Below, one piece after another: positions 1-9,050 of a stretch of 64,000 nt of DNA. Position numbers and translations under genes: made by a program. Numbering within the stretch: the first letter of the stretch is position 1; every line of letters begins with the position of its first letter. Source of the stretch: Desulfobacteraceae bacterium UBA2156 (lineage in GTDB: Bacteria > Desulfobacterota > Desulfobacteria > Desulfobacterales > UBA2156); assembly GCA_002328165.1 (NCBI GenBank), contig DCWS01000032.1, positions 1,673 to 65,672 of the forward strand, in the 5' to 3' direction. The notes under the pieces were generated by a model. The model was given only the letters and a program-made list of their open reading frames with translations, was not told the origin of the DNA and did not search any database.

Positions 1-111
1 AATAATTTGCAATCTGGCAAATAAAAGTTCGCCGTGTTTATCATAATGCCTAACCATAATAGGCATCCGGATGCATACCATATTGATTTTGGATAGCAAT
101 ATGATGGCATA

Positions 112-701
112 GAAAATAACGTCCGGAAGGGATTTTTTGAGCATGGAGATTTTTTAGCCTTACGAAGAGCTTTACCACCATACCTAAAAGGATTTACTAT
201 ATTTGGCTATAAAGTAGGATGGCGCCATTCAGAAATAGCCGCATTAAGCTGGAAGCTGGAGAAACTAAAAACGACGATGCACGAACAGTCTACCTCGACG
301 AAGAACTAAAAGAGATATTTCAAAAGCAATGGGATCAACGTGCAGACCGACAAAAGCTATTGCCTTATGTATTTGTGAACCAAGAAGGAACTAATGACAT
401 TACACGATTTGACAAGGCTTGGAAAAGGGCCTGCAAAGACGCTAAAATTGGAATAAAGCATTTTCACGATTTGAGGCGAACGGCATGCCGCAATATGATT
501 AGGGCAGGGATACCCGAACGTGTGGTAATGATGGTGAGCGGACATAAGACAAGATCTGTTTTCGACCGTTATAATATTGTTAATGATGCTGATTTAAAAC
601 TTGCTGCCCAAAGACAAGAGATATACATTCAAAGCCAAATGGGCAAAGTTTCGGGCAAAGTTTATGAATTTGAAAAAAACAAAAAAGATATAACAGGCTG
701 A
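112..701 (+). pseudogene. Tyrosine recombinase/phage integrase C-terminal remnant, frameshifted
   Basis: Frame from 112 reads ENNVRKGFFEH...[12 protein letters not shown] (catalytic Arg box) and shifts at tandem AGCTGGA (247-260) into the ORF with GETKN, HDLRR, SGH and DRYN motifs; N-terminus absent. Confidence 0.88.
641..663 (+). repeat. Direct repeat GGGCAAAGTTT x2, possible integrase arm-type site
   Basis: 11-nt repeat at 641-651 and 653-663 at the integrase 3' end, about 55 nt before the tRNA. Confidence 0.5.
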
Positions 702-716
702 TTTTACAACAAATAT

Positions 717-790
717 GGGGTGTGGATCGCCATGTGATCGTGTGGACTCTAAATCCACATAGCCGGGTGCAACTCCCGGACACCCCACCA
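717..790 (+). tRNA. pylT: tRNA-Pyl (anticodon CUA)
   Basis: Acceptor GGGGTGT/ACACCCC, single linker nt, D-stem GATC/GATC, 6-bp anticodon stem TGTGGA/TCCACA with loop CT-CTA-AA, 3-nt variable region, T-stem CCGGG/CCCGG without TTC, encoded CCA; pyl operon 3 kb away. Confidence 0.96.
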
Positions 791-905
791 TCAACCTATC
801 GGAAGTGTGCACGATCATCATATCCTCTCGGAATATTTCAGAAGGACCAATGGGGAATTTATGTCTCACCCTCTCCTGTGGCGTTAGTCGAGAACCAACA
901 ATTGT

Positions 906-1436
906 TCATTGATAAGAAGGTCGCTTAACACTTTTTAGGATGTTTATGATTGAATCATATTGACGAAATTTGACCTTCTGTGACCTTTTCATCAGTTTCT
1001 CTTCTTCTTCGGTCAGCAGCCCGTGTCGTTTTAAATACGCACCTTCGGTTTCATACAGGGGCGGATCCGCGGTGTCTATCTCTGCCCAATCGCAAGGCAC
1101 CCCAAATTGATAGAATAATCCTGAATATAGCTTGCCTCTTCCATTAACCATCTTGCGTACTTTTGGAAAATATTTTTTATACCCTCTGTGTATTTCAGGC
1201 TTTCGCTTTTCATTCCTGGGCGCATCGAGCTCCCACCAGGCGAATGGTCTTGTCCATGAATTTTTTTTGATCCACCTGGGAAGGATTTCATCTTTGTGTA
1301 AATCCCATAATTTCTCTTTCCCTTTTTCTTTTAAAATAAAAAACTGGATATCCAACTTCGGCTCTTTACCGGTCAACAGGTAATTGAGCCAACTATCTTG
1401 TAATTTGTTATTTTTTTTCTTAACGGTAAACCACAT
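906..1436 (-). CDS. Hypothetical protein, possibly phage/island-derived
   Basis: 176-aa AT-rich ORF next to integrase/tRNA with upstream GAGGG; no recognised family. Confidence 0.6.
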   Translation of the reverse strand: MWFTVKKKNNKLQDSWLNYLLTGKEPKLDIQFFILKEKGKEKLWDLHKDEILPRWIKKNSWTRPFAWWELDAPRNEKRKPEIHRGYKKYFPKVRKMVNGRGKLYSGLFYQFGVPCDWAEIDTADPPLYETEGAYLKRHGLLTEEEEKLMKRSQKVKFRQYDSIINILKSVKRPSYQ

Positions 1437-1852
1437 GTTCCCTCAAAAGAAAAAAGTACTGTGGTCAAGGCAAAAGTAAATTTCTGAAGCGAGCTATCAT
1501 AAAATATTAAAAAGTCAAGAAGTTAAGAAAATAACGAGTCATCAATTTTGATGATTTCAAAAATAACAGTACGATATCATGCCTTTATGTCATTTGTCAC
1601 GATTTAACCATGGTGAAGGATAATAACCTGTTGAAAAATGTCTATATGATGGGAAGGAAGCGCCTGTGAATTAATCTGCGGGACGTTCTGGGCGATGGTT
1701 TTCAAATATTGAACAAAAGATGTCAGTAGATAAAGACGGTTTGACAAATATCGCTATCAGATTTAGGTTGACTTGGCCATTGCCGATTATGATATCTAAA
1801 CCCTTGTGGGCATGATGTGGGGTGCTTGAAAAAATACCAAAGGAGGGAGTGA

Positions 1853-2317
1853 ATGTACACGGAAACCAGAAGAAAAGATAGAATTTTGGACAACGCATCG
1901 GCCCTCGCTCTTCTAGATAACGGTGGCTACGGTGTGTTGTCTACCGCGGATAAAAAAAATCAACCGTATGGCATTCCTGTAAACTATACAGTTATCGATA
2001 ATACGATATTTATTCATTCCGCCCCTGAGGGCCACAAATTAGATAATATTAAATCCAACAGTAAAGTTTCATTCTGTGTAGTGGGTAAAACCCGGTTGCT
2101 TCCCGACCAATTTTCAATCAATTACAAAAGCGTGATCGTCTTTGGTACTGCTACAATAGTTGATGATCAGGATAAAAGACAGGCATTAATTGCCCTGGTC
2201 GCAAAATATTCTCCTGAACATATGGATTCAGGGGGAAAATATATAGACAATCGCATTGACAAAACCGTGGTGATAAAAGTGTCTATAGATCATATAACCG
2301 GCAAACAGAGAAAATAA
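1853..2317 (+). CDS. Pyridoxamine 5'-phosphate oxidase-like (Nim-family) flavin-binding protein
   Basis: RRKDR..YGVLS..PYGIPVNY..IFIHSA.EGHKLDNI..KVSFCVV..ITGK pattern; RBS GGAGGGAG. Confidence 0.88.
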   Translation: MYTETRRKDRILDNASALALLDNGGYGVLSTADKKNQPYGIPVNYTVIDNTIFIHSAPEGHKLDNIKSNSKVSFCVVGKTRLLPDQFSINYKSVIVFGTATIVDDQDKRQALIALVAKYSPEHMDSGGKYIDNRIDKTVVIKVSIDHITGKQRK

Positions 2318-2470
2318 TAGGATGTACCAAACACTGGGGCATTTAACCCGATGCCCAACCACCATCCCTAAAAAAGGTGGCTTGATTATGTCCCTAAAAT
2401 AGCAGGAGGGGCAACCAACGATGAGCCAGAAGGCTGTACCGGCATCGATCAAAGAAATTACCAAGGAAAT

Positions 2471-2692
2471 GTGATTCCTTATGATACTGGCGAAGAGGAT
2501 ATTTATGCAAGGTATTATTATGAAACCCTTTGGAGCCATATTTATTTAGACCACGAACAGATCGACTTGATTAAGCATTCAAGATATGAGAAGAAGCATA
2601 CGAAGCATGAAAGGCTCTCGCAAGGGGGGAGGGAATGTCAGAACAAGAAGCTGCTGGAACGGTTTTTTTATCGATATGCGAAACTTGAGTAA
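2471..2692 (+). pseudogene. Probable degraded small gene
   Basis: RBS-like GGAGGGG and an ATG near 2422 lead to an early TGA; the rest is in another frame. Confidence 0.3.
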
Positions 2693-2791
2693 TTATTCTG
2701 GACAGGGACGGCGGTCACTGTTTCTATTTCAAAACCAAAAGTCAAAATTGAGGTAGTGAAAGACCGAAAATCAAACCTAACGGTGGGTCGA

Positions 2792-3037
2792 TCAGTATCG
2801 CACACCTCCTTTGCTTTTTCTTATAACGGATTTTTCTATCGTTAAAGCTTTTTCAACTGTGGTTTTTGATGCGTCAACTTCATTATTGAATGCATCTTTT
2901 TTTCTTTCATAATTTTTAATTTTTTCGTTGAGTTTAGCTGCTCTTTTGTTCAGCTCGATCGTTTTTCTTCTTCTGAGCCACCTTGGTTTTTTGGCCTGGC
3001 TTTCTTTCTCTGGTTCCAGCGCTTCCTTTTCTTTCAT
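2792..3037 (-). CDS. Lys/Glu-rich hypothetical coiled-coil protein (maybe a fragment)
   Basis: 81-aa charged ORF; composition only. Confidence 0.35.
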   Translation of the reverse strand: MKEKEALEPEKESQAKKPRWLRRRKTIELNKRAAKLNEKIKNYERKKDAFNNEVDASKTTVEKALTIEKSVIRKSKGGVRY

Positions 3038-3259
3038 CAGTATTTGAAATTCTTCGTCCAGGATCGCTTTTCTTTGAATAATCCGTTTTTATTTTTTAAA
3101 ATATCGTTTTTTTCTGTCTGACTTCTTTTATTTTTTTGTCCATTGGTCGGCTGAAATTGTATGTCGCTTTCATATTCTTTATTCCAGCGGAGAAAACTTT
3201 GCTCTCCGAGCAAGGTCAGAGTTCATAGGTTTTGCCGTCTGAACGACTCAATGTTACAC

Positions 3260-3825
3260 CCAAAGCTGAGTTGCCCAACAACTTCAACCAAGGAGGTAAC
3301 AAATGAGTTGATTTCGAAAATTAGTACAAACTATATGGCACTGCCAATATCATGTTGTATGGGTGTCCAAATACCGTTTCAAGATTCTGACGGGCAAAGT
3401 TGCGAAGATGGTGGAGAATTGCGTGAGAGCCTTTTCGGAGCAACGAGGCTGTGATGTTCTTGAACTGAATGTTCATATTGTTGTGACGGTTCCCCCCCAG
3501 GTGTCGATATTGGACTATGTGGGTATGGTCAAAGGGAGAACGGCAATTCGTATTTTTAACAAATTACGTCATTTGAAAGAAAAGCCCTATTGGGGCAATC
3601 ATTTTTGGACAAAAGGTTACTGTGTCGATACCGTAGGGCTGGATTCAGAAATGATCCAAAAATATGTCAAGCACCGAGATGATAAGGACAAAGAGTAAGA
3701 AAACATAAGAACAAGCAAATCAAATATCAAGGGCAACTCAACCTTGTCCCTTTTGGGGGAAAGGCAGTTTCATCCCCTTCCAGGGGTTAAATCAAAGCCG
3801 GCCCCTCCGGGGTCGGCTTTTTACT
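3260..3825 (+). mobile_element. IS200/IS605-family element remnant
   Basis: tnpA-like frame followed by subterminal hairpins (CCCCTTCCAGGGG; GCCGGCCCCTCCGGGGTCGGC); ends approximate. Confidence 0.8.
3303..3698 (+). pseudogene. tnpA: IS200-family Y1 transposase, inactivated
   Basis: MS*FRKLVQTIWHCQYHVVW.KYR...KGRTAIR..YWGNHFW.KGYCVDTVG..KYV; TGA at codon 3 and HUH motif shortened (ELNVHIVV). Confidence 0.9.
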
Positions 3826-3848
3826 TGATATTTGAAGGCGGTTACCAT
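3820..3848 (+). promoter_or_regulatory. Candidate sigma70 promoter for the pyl operon
   Basis: TTTACT-17 nt-TACCAT, 23 nt upstream of the pylSc GTG. Confidence 0.4.
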
Positions 3849-3871
3849 AAAGCCATAAAAGAGGTGAATCA

Positions 3872-4714
3872 GTGGATATTGGGTGGACAGGAGTTCAAGA
3901 CAGACGGTTAAAGGAACTGGAGGCGCCGGCGGATGAGCTTGACAGGCGGTTTAGCAGCCTTCAAGATCGTGAACGGTCTTTTCAGTCTTTAGATAAAAAA
4001 CTGGTAAAACAGCACCGCCGGCGATTGACGGAATTTAGAGAAATTCATCTCAGGCCGGGATTTTGCAGACTCGAAACCCGGCTAATCGAGGTGCTGGGTA
4101 AAAAGGGATTTGTTCAAGTCGCCACTCCGATCATCATGTCCAAGGGACATCTTTCAAAAATGACGATTACAAAGGGCCACCCCCTCTTCGACCAAATTTA
4201 TTGGCTTGATCATAACAAATGCCTACGCCCCATGCTGGCGCCCCATCTATATTTTGTGTTGAAGGATTTTCTTCGAATATGGGATAAACCGATTCGAGTA
4301 TTTGAAGTCGGTCCATGCTTTCGAAAAGAATCTCAAGGAGCTCGACATTCGAATGAGTTTACCATGCTCAACCTTGTGGAAATGGGTTTGCCGGCGGAGG
4401 AGAGAAATGAACGGATTGCCGAACTCGCCGCCGTGATTGTCGATACAGCAAAGGTGGGTGACTACCGGTTAAAAGCCGAAAGATCTGAGGTTTACGGCGA
4501 CACCATTGATATTGTGGCCAACGAGGGTGACGTGGAACTAGGGTCGGCTGCCATGGGTCCCCATCCTCTAGATCGAGCATGGAAGATAACAGACAACTGG
4601 GTTGGAATTGGATTCGGAATCGAACGGTTACTCATGGTCGCGAAAAAGAGCCACAACCTTCATAAAATGGGAAGGAGCCTCTCCTATCTCGATGGCCATC
4701 GCCTGAACATATAG
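3872..4714 (+). CDS. pylSc: Pyrrolysyl-tRNA synthetase, catalytic C-terminal subunit
   Basis: WT..Q.RRLKEL N-terminus, CLRPMLAP, FEVGPCFRKESQG..H.NEFTMLNLVEMG, GFGIERLL, SLSYLDG.RLNI; ends at TAG. Confidence 0.97.
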   Translation: MDIGWTGVQDRRLKELEAPADELDRRFSSLQDRERSFQSLDKKLVKQHRRRLTEFREIHLRPGFCRLETRLIEVLGKKGFVQVATPIIMSKGHLSKMTITKGHPLFDQIYWLDHNKCLRPMLAPHLYFVLKDFLRIWDKPIRVFEVGPCFRKESQGARHSNEFTMLNLVEMGLPAEERNERIAELAAVIVDTAKVGDYRLKAERSEVYGDTIDIVANEGDVELGSAAMGPHPLDRAWKITDNWVGIGFGIERLLMVAKKSHNLHKMGRSLSYLDGHRLNI

Positions 4715-4755
4715 ATACGAAAAGGGGTGCACATTTCGTTCAATTGTAAACACAT

Positions 4756-5865
4756 ATGAACTCTTCCACTAAAAAACTTGAAACCATATTGGCCAAGGCA
4801 ACTGGCGGTCAATCGCTTGAAAAGGAAGACCTGATTTTTCTTTTGGGAATCGATGATAGGGATCAACTGGAAACCATTTTTCGTGTTGCCAGAAATTTGC
4901 GCCATAAATATTTCGGCGATAAAATTTTTTTATACGGGTTCCTTTACATCACTACCTATTGCAAAAACGATTGCCGGTTTTGCTTCTTCCGAAAATCCAA
5001 TACAGCAAGCAGGCGATATCGAAAAAAGGATCAGGAAATCGTCTCGGTCGCCGGCCGGATGGCCGAATCCGGAGTTCATCTGATTGATCTGACCATGGGA
5101 GAAGATCCGGCTTATTTCAACCGGAGAATGAACGGTTTTGAGAAGCTTCTTAATCTGGTGACAACGCTCCGTCACACCACCGGCTTGCCGGTCATGATCT
5201 CACCGGGCGTGATGCAGGATGATCAACTGAAAAATATCGCCGAGGCCGGTGCAGGCTGGTATGCCTGCTATCAGGAGACCCACTGCCGTTCTCTGTTCCA
5301 ACGCCTCAGGCCCGGACAAGACTATGATGTTCGAATGGGGGCCAAGCTGGCGGCGCATCAACGGGGATTATTGATCGAGGAAGGACTGCTCTGCGGTGTG
5401 GGCGAGACGCCGGCTGATGTGGCCGAGTCGATTTCGGTGATGCGATTGACCGATGCCGATCAGGTACGGGTGATGAATTTTATTCCTCAACACGGCACGC
5501 CGATGGAAAACCGAACGCCACCGGATTCGATAAAAGAACTGTTGATCAGCGCGGTAATGCGGTTGACCTTTCCGGATAGACTGATACCAGCCTCCCTGGA
5601 TGTGGATGGCCTCATCGGTTTGAGACGGCGGCTCGATGCCGGCGCGAATGTGGTCACATCACTCGTGTTGCCCGGTGGAGGCCTTGCGGGTGTGGCCCAG
5701 CATTCTTTGGATATAGAGGAGGGAAATCGAACCAGCACCCGTGTCATGAGCGTTCTTGAGACAATCGGACTTCGTCCGGCTTCTGTGAAAGAATATATAA
5801 AGTGGATTCAACACCGCAAGAGATCTGTTGAAGAAAACCGGTCAGGGGAGAAGATCGCTTGCTAG
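4756..5865 (+). CDS. pylB: 3-methylornithine synthase (radical SAM)
   Basis: CxxxCxxC (CKNDCRFC), SGVHLIDLTMGEDP, RLIPASLDVDG, RLDAGANVVTS; position in pyl operon. Confidence 0.96.
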   Translation: MNSSTKKLETILAKATGGQSLEKEDLIFLLGIDDRDQLETIFRVARNLRHKYFGDKIFLYGFLYITTYCKNDCRFCFFRKSNTASRRYRKKDQEIVSVAGRMAESGVHLIDLTMGEDPAYFNRRMNGFEKLLNLVTTLRHTTGLPVMISPGVMQDDQLKNIAEAGAGWYACYQETHCRSLFQRLRPGQDYDVRMGAKLAAHQRGLLIEEGLLCGVGETPADVAESISVMRLTDADQVRVMNFIPQHGTPMENRTPPDSIKELLISAVMRLTFPDRLIPASLDVDGLIGLRRRLDAGANVVTSLVLPGGGLAGVAQHSLDIEEGNRTSTRVMSVLETIGLRPASVKEYIKWIQHRKRSVEENRSGEKIAC

Positions 5866-7025
5866 TTGCGGTGGTAGGCGGAAAGCTGCAAGGAATTGAG
5901 GCGGCATATTTAGCGCGCAAAGCCGGCTGGGATGTCAAAGTTATCGATAAGGATTCCGGCGTGCCGGCATCGGGGCTGGGCGGTCTATTCCACCAATTAG
6001 ATGTCACCGCTGAACAGGCGTTGACACCTGTTTTAAATGATGTCGGCTTGGTTATTCCTGCGTTGGAAAATGACGAGGCTTTGAGGTGCCTGGATCGATG
6101 GACCCGGACCAGAAATATACCATTTGCCTTTGATTTGGCCGCATATTCGATATCCTCCTCCAAATTAGCGTCCGAACAAATTTTTTCACGCCTGGGTGTT
6201 GCGAAGCCAAGGCCTTGGCCCGGCTGCCGTTTTCCTGTAGTGGCCAAGCCGAGCGAAGGTAGCGGGAGTGATGACGTACAGATCTTTGATCAACCCGACA
6301 GCGTGAAACAACATCTCAATCGATCCACCCGGGATTGGATTATACAGGAATTTATCGATGGACCTTCCTATTCACTGGAAATTATCGGTAAACCCGGCAA
6401 CTACACGCCTGTTCAGGTGACCGATCTGGGGATGGATAGCCAATATGACTGCAAGCGGGTTATTGCGCCGACAGACCTTTCGGATCATTTGATTCTAGAT
6501 TTTGAAACGCTGTCCATTTCACTGGCCGAGGCCTTGGAATTAAAAGGCCTGATAGATGTCGAGGTCATTTTACATGATAACAGGTTGAGAGTATTGGAGA
6601 TTGATGCCAGACTACCCAGCCAGACGCCAACCGCTGTCTACTGGTCCACCGGCCAAAATCTAGTGCAGATGCTGGGGCAGATTTTTCTCTCAATGCCCCA
6701 AACAGGTGAAGGAAATAGACAGCCTCCCCAAGGGGTCGTTTATGAGCATATCCATGTAACCTCCTGTGTATTGGAAGTGGTGGGTGAGCATATAATGTCT
6801 AACAGCGGTGCGCTTCATGTCTGCCAGGACTTTTTTGGTGCGGATGAGGCGATTACGAATTATGTGCCGGGCAGGGAGGAATGGGTGGCCACATTGATCA
6901 TTTCGGGCAAGGACCGAAAACACGCTTGGGAAAAAAGAGATCGGGTGATAAAAGAAATACAGGAAAAATACCACCTAATAAGATATATAGATTCGTCGCC
7001 AGAACCGATTGAATTGAAACCATGA
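5859..7025 (+). CDS. pylC: 3-methylornithine--L-lysine ligase (ATP-grasp)
   Basis: VGGKLQGIEAAYLARKAG, YDCKRV, LEIDARLPSQTPTAVY.STG, GEHIM. Confidence 0.96.
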   Translation: MLVAVVGGKLQGIEAAYLARKAGWDVKVIDKDSGVPASGLGGLFHQLDVTAEQALTPVLNDVGLVIPALENDEALRCLDRWTRTRNIPFAFDLAAYSISSSKLASEQIFSRLGVAKPRPWPGCRFPVVAKPSEGSGSDDVQIFDQPDSVKQHLNRSTRDWIIQEFIDGPSYSLEIIGKPGNYTPVQVTDLGMDSQYDCKRVIAPTDLSDHLILDFETLSISLAEALELKGLIDVEVILHDNRLRVLEIDARLPSQTPTAVYWSTGQNLVQMLGQIFLSMPQTGEGNRQPPQGVVYEHIHVTSCVLEVVGEHIMSNSGALHVCQDFFGADEAITNYVPGREEWVATLIISGKDRKHAWEKRDRVIKEIQEKYHLIRYIDSSPEPIELKP

Positions 7026-7085
7026 GGGCATTCTACATCCAGCATGAAAGCCGAACCTAAGGGGGCCTCAAAAGGATTCCTTGCT

Positions 7086-7928
7086 TTGACTCGACTGAGA
7101 ACCGGTGATATTGCGGATATTGCTGAAAACCTGGAAAAATACGATGCCGAACTGGTTCTAAAAACAGGGTGCACCCTGCTCGGTGTTGCCTGTGCAGCCG
7201 CTGGGGTGGATGAATCTTTCGTTCGACGCGTATCAAAAGATGTTCTGGTCGGTATAGTTCCAATCACCTCGGGCAAAGGGATCATTGCTGGGTTTTCCCA
7301 TGCGGTGGAACGTATCGTGAAGCATATCGGTTTTAGCGCGTTTGTCACAGAATCATCGGATGTGGCAGGACTGGTCGAGGCATTTGATAAAAAGGCCGAT
7401 GTCATCATGCTGTCGGATGATGAGCGCTTTGTCGCGATCCATGTCAGATCTCAACGGGTGGTGAATAATGAGGATGCCACAGGAAAAGGATTTGTTTCAG
7501 GATTGAGCCTGATGACCCGAAGCTTAAGCAATCGAAATGTTCTGGTGGTTGGGTGCGGTCCGGTGGGTCAAAGTGCAACGATGGCGCTGATCGGGCTTGG
7601 CGCCGTTCCCGGGGTGTTTGATGTGGTTCAACGTCGGGGTTATGATTTGGCCGAAACGATCCAGCGCTCGCAATCCGTAAAAATCCGGGTTGAAAACGAT
7701 TTGAATTCGGCACTGACAACATACCGATATATCATCGATGCGTCACCTGCGCGGGATATTATCAACCGATTCCATGTGAGAAGCGATACTTATATTTCTG
7801 CTCCCGGTATGCCAACCGGTCTGAATGCCGGCGCACTGAAAAAACTATCCGGTCGTTATCTGCACGACCCGCTTCAAATCGGTGTGGCCACGATGATCGT
7901 GGAGGTAACAGGCGAATCAGGGAACTGA
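7086..7928 (+). CDS. pylD: 3-methylornithyl-N6-L-lysine dehydrogenase
   Basis: Likely TTG start (MTRL) after AAAGGA; PITSGKGIIAGFS, SDVAGL, GCGPVG, SAPGMP, HDPLQIGVATM. Confidence 0.95.
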   Translation: MTRLRTGDIADIAENLEKYDAELVLKTGCTLLGVACAAAGVDESFVRRVSKDVLVGIVPITSGKGIIAGFSHAVERIVKHIGFSAFVTESSDVAGLVEAFDKKADVIMLSDDERFVAIHVRSQRVVNNEDATGKGFVSGLSLMTRSLSNRNVLVVGCGPVGQSATMALIGLGAVPGVFDVVQRRGYDLAETIQRSQSVKIRVENDLNSALTTYRYIIDASPARDIINRFHVRSDTYISAPGMPTGLNAGALKKLSGRYLHDPLQIGVATMIVEVTGESGN

Positions 7929-7966
7929 TCGAATTTGCACGTGAACCCAAGAAAAAAAGATAACCG

Positions 7967-8335
7967 ATGAATCCGAAAGAAACCGTGAAAAAGCAGATCA
8001 AAAAATACTATCGCAAACGGGTGGAACTTTTTCGGCTTATCGATAAGATAAAGTTGTGGCCATCGCGAAAGGGGGTTCTCCACGGCATCAAGATCATTGA
8101 TAAGATGGGGGATAGGGCCCGGATCACCACCCATTGTAACAAAACCTTTATGGTAACAAATTCAAGGAACAGCCGTGCAGCCAGATGGCTGAGAAATAAA
8201 TGGTTTGAGGGGGTCTGCACGCACTGTGCGGTTCCGGAATGGAAATTAGAAAAATATTCTTCAACCCGGTTTAAACGTCACTACGGATCTTTACTCCTTA
8301 ACACAGATGAAAAGAAGGGCTTTGTAGAAAATTAG
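7967..8335 (+). CDS. pylSn: Pyrrolysyl-tRNA synthetase, tRNA-binding N-terminal subunit
   Basis: YYRKRV.LF.LIDKIKLWPSRKGVLHGIK, THC, NSRNSRAARWLRNKW...C..C.VPEWKLEKY. Confidence 0.96.
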   Translation: MNPKETVKKQIKKYYRKRVELFRLIDKIKLWPSRKGVLHGIKIIDKMGDRARITTHCNKTFMVTNSRNSRAARWLRNKWFEGVCTHCAVPEWKLEKYSSTRFKRHYGSLLLNTDEKKGFVEN

Positions 8336-8414
8336 CTCTATTTCGTAACAAAATAAAAATAACACCCCTCCCCATGTCCGGTCTGACCATCAATTGTTTT
8401 AATTTTGCCGGGTG

Positions 8415-9050
8415 CTAGATTATCAGCTCCTTGGCAACTTCGGACGCAGAGGCGGCATTGGCACCGTACCCGTCTGCCTCGATATCGTCCACAAATTTCT
8501 GTGTGACCGGCGCCCCCCCGGCCATGATCTTGATCTGATCACGGATACCGGATTCCTTCAGTGCCCTAACAGTCTCCTCCATTTTCGGCATGGTTGTGGT
8601 CAAAAGAGCTGACATGCCTAAAATGTGCGCCTTATTCGATTTTGCGGCTTCCACAAAATCCTGGGGTTTAACATTTGTTCCGAGGTCTACGACGTTGAAT
8701 CCGGACCCCTGAAGCATCATCGATACCAGGTTTTTCCCAATGTCATGGAGATCCCCCTCCACAGTACCGATCACAACCGTCCCCAGACCGCAGCTGTCCT
8801 CCTCTGAAAGATGGGGTTTAAGGAGTACAATGGCGCCTTGCATAACCTTGGCCGAACGAAGGACTTCAGGGATAAACATCTCACCGGATTTCATCCGTTG
8901 CCCGACAATATCCATTCCCGGAATGAGTCCGTTATCCAGGATCTCTTTTGCCGAGAGGTTCTTGTCCAGTCCTTCTTGAACCAATTTGCTGACACCTTCC
9001 ACATCTGCTGCGATCAACCCTTCTGCCATTTTTCCATACAGTTCTTCCAT
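8415..9050 (-). CDS. Corrinoid protein of a methyltransferase system (MttC-like)
   Basis: GTVEGDLHDIGKNLV B12-binding motif, SALLTTTM, GGAPVT; start MEELY after GGAGGG. Confidence 0.93.
   Translation of the reverse strand: MEELYGKMAEGLIAADVEGVSKLVQEGLDKNLSAKEILDNGLIPGMDIVGQRMKSGEMFIPEVLRSAKVMQGAIVLLKPHLSEEDSCGLGTVVIGTVEGDLHDIGKNLVSMMLQGSGFNVVDLGTNVKPQDFVEAAKSNKAHILGMSALLTTTMPKMEETVRALKESGIRDQIKIMAGGAPVTQKFVDDIEADGYGANAASASEVAKELII

Noticed and set aside
722..928. 68-aa ORF over the tRNA, plus the many short antisense ORFs in the track
   Set aside because: Shadow frames of tRNA-Pyl or of well-supported genes
2335..2365. Sequence ending CCACCA as an att duplicate of the tRNA-Pyl 3' end
   Set aside because: Only about 8 nt match; better explained by the local GGGCAT/ATGCCC hairpin
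3309..3311. In-frame TGA in tnpA as possible Sec
   Set aside because: Sits at an Arg position (likely CGA to TGA) and the HUH motif is also damaged, so it is a nonsense mutation
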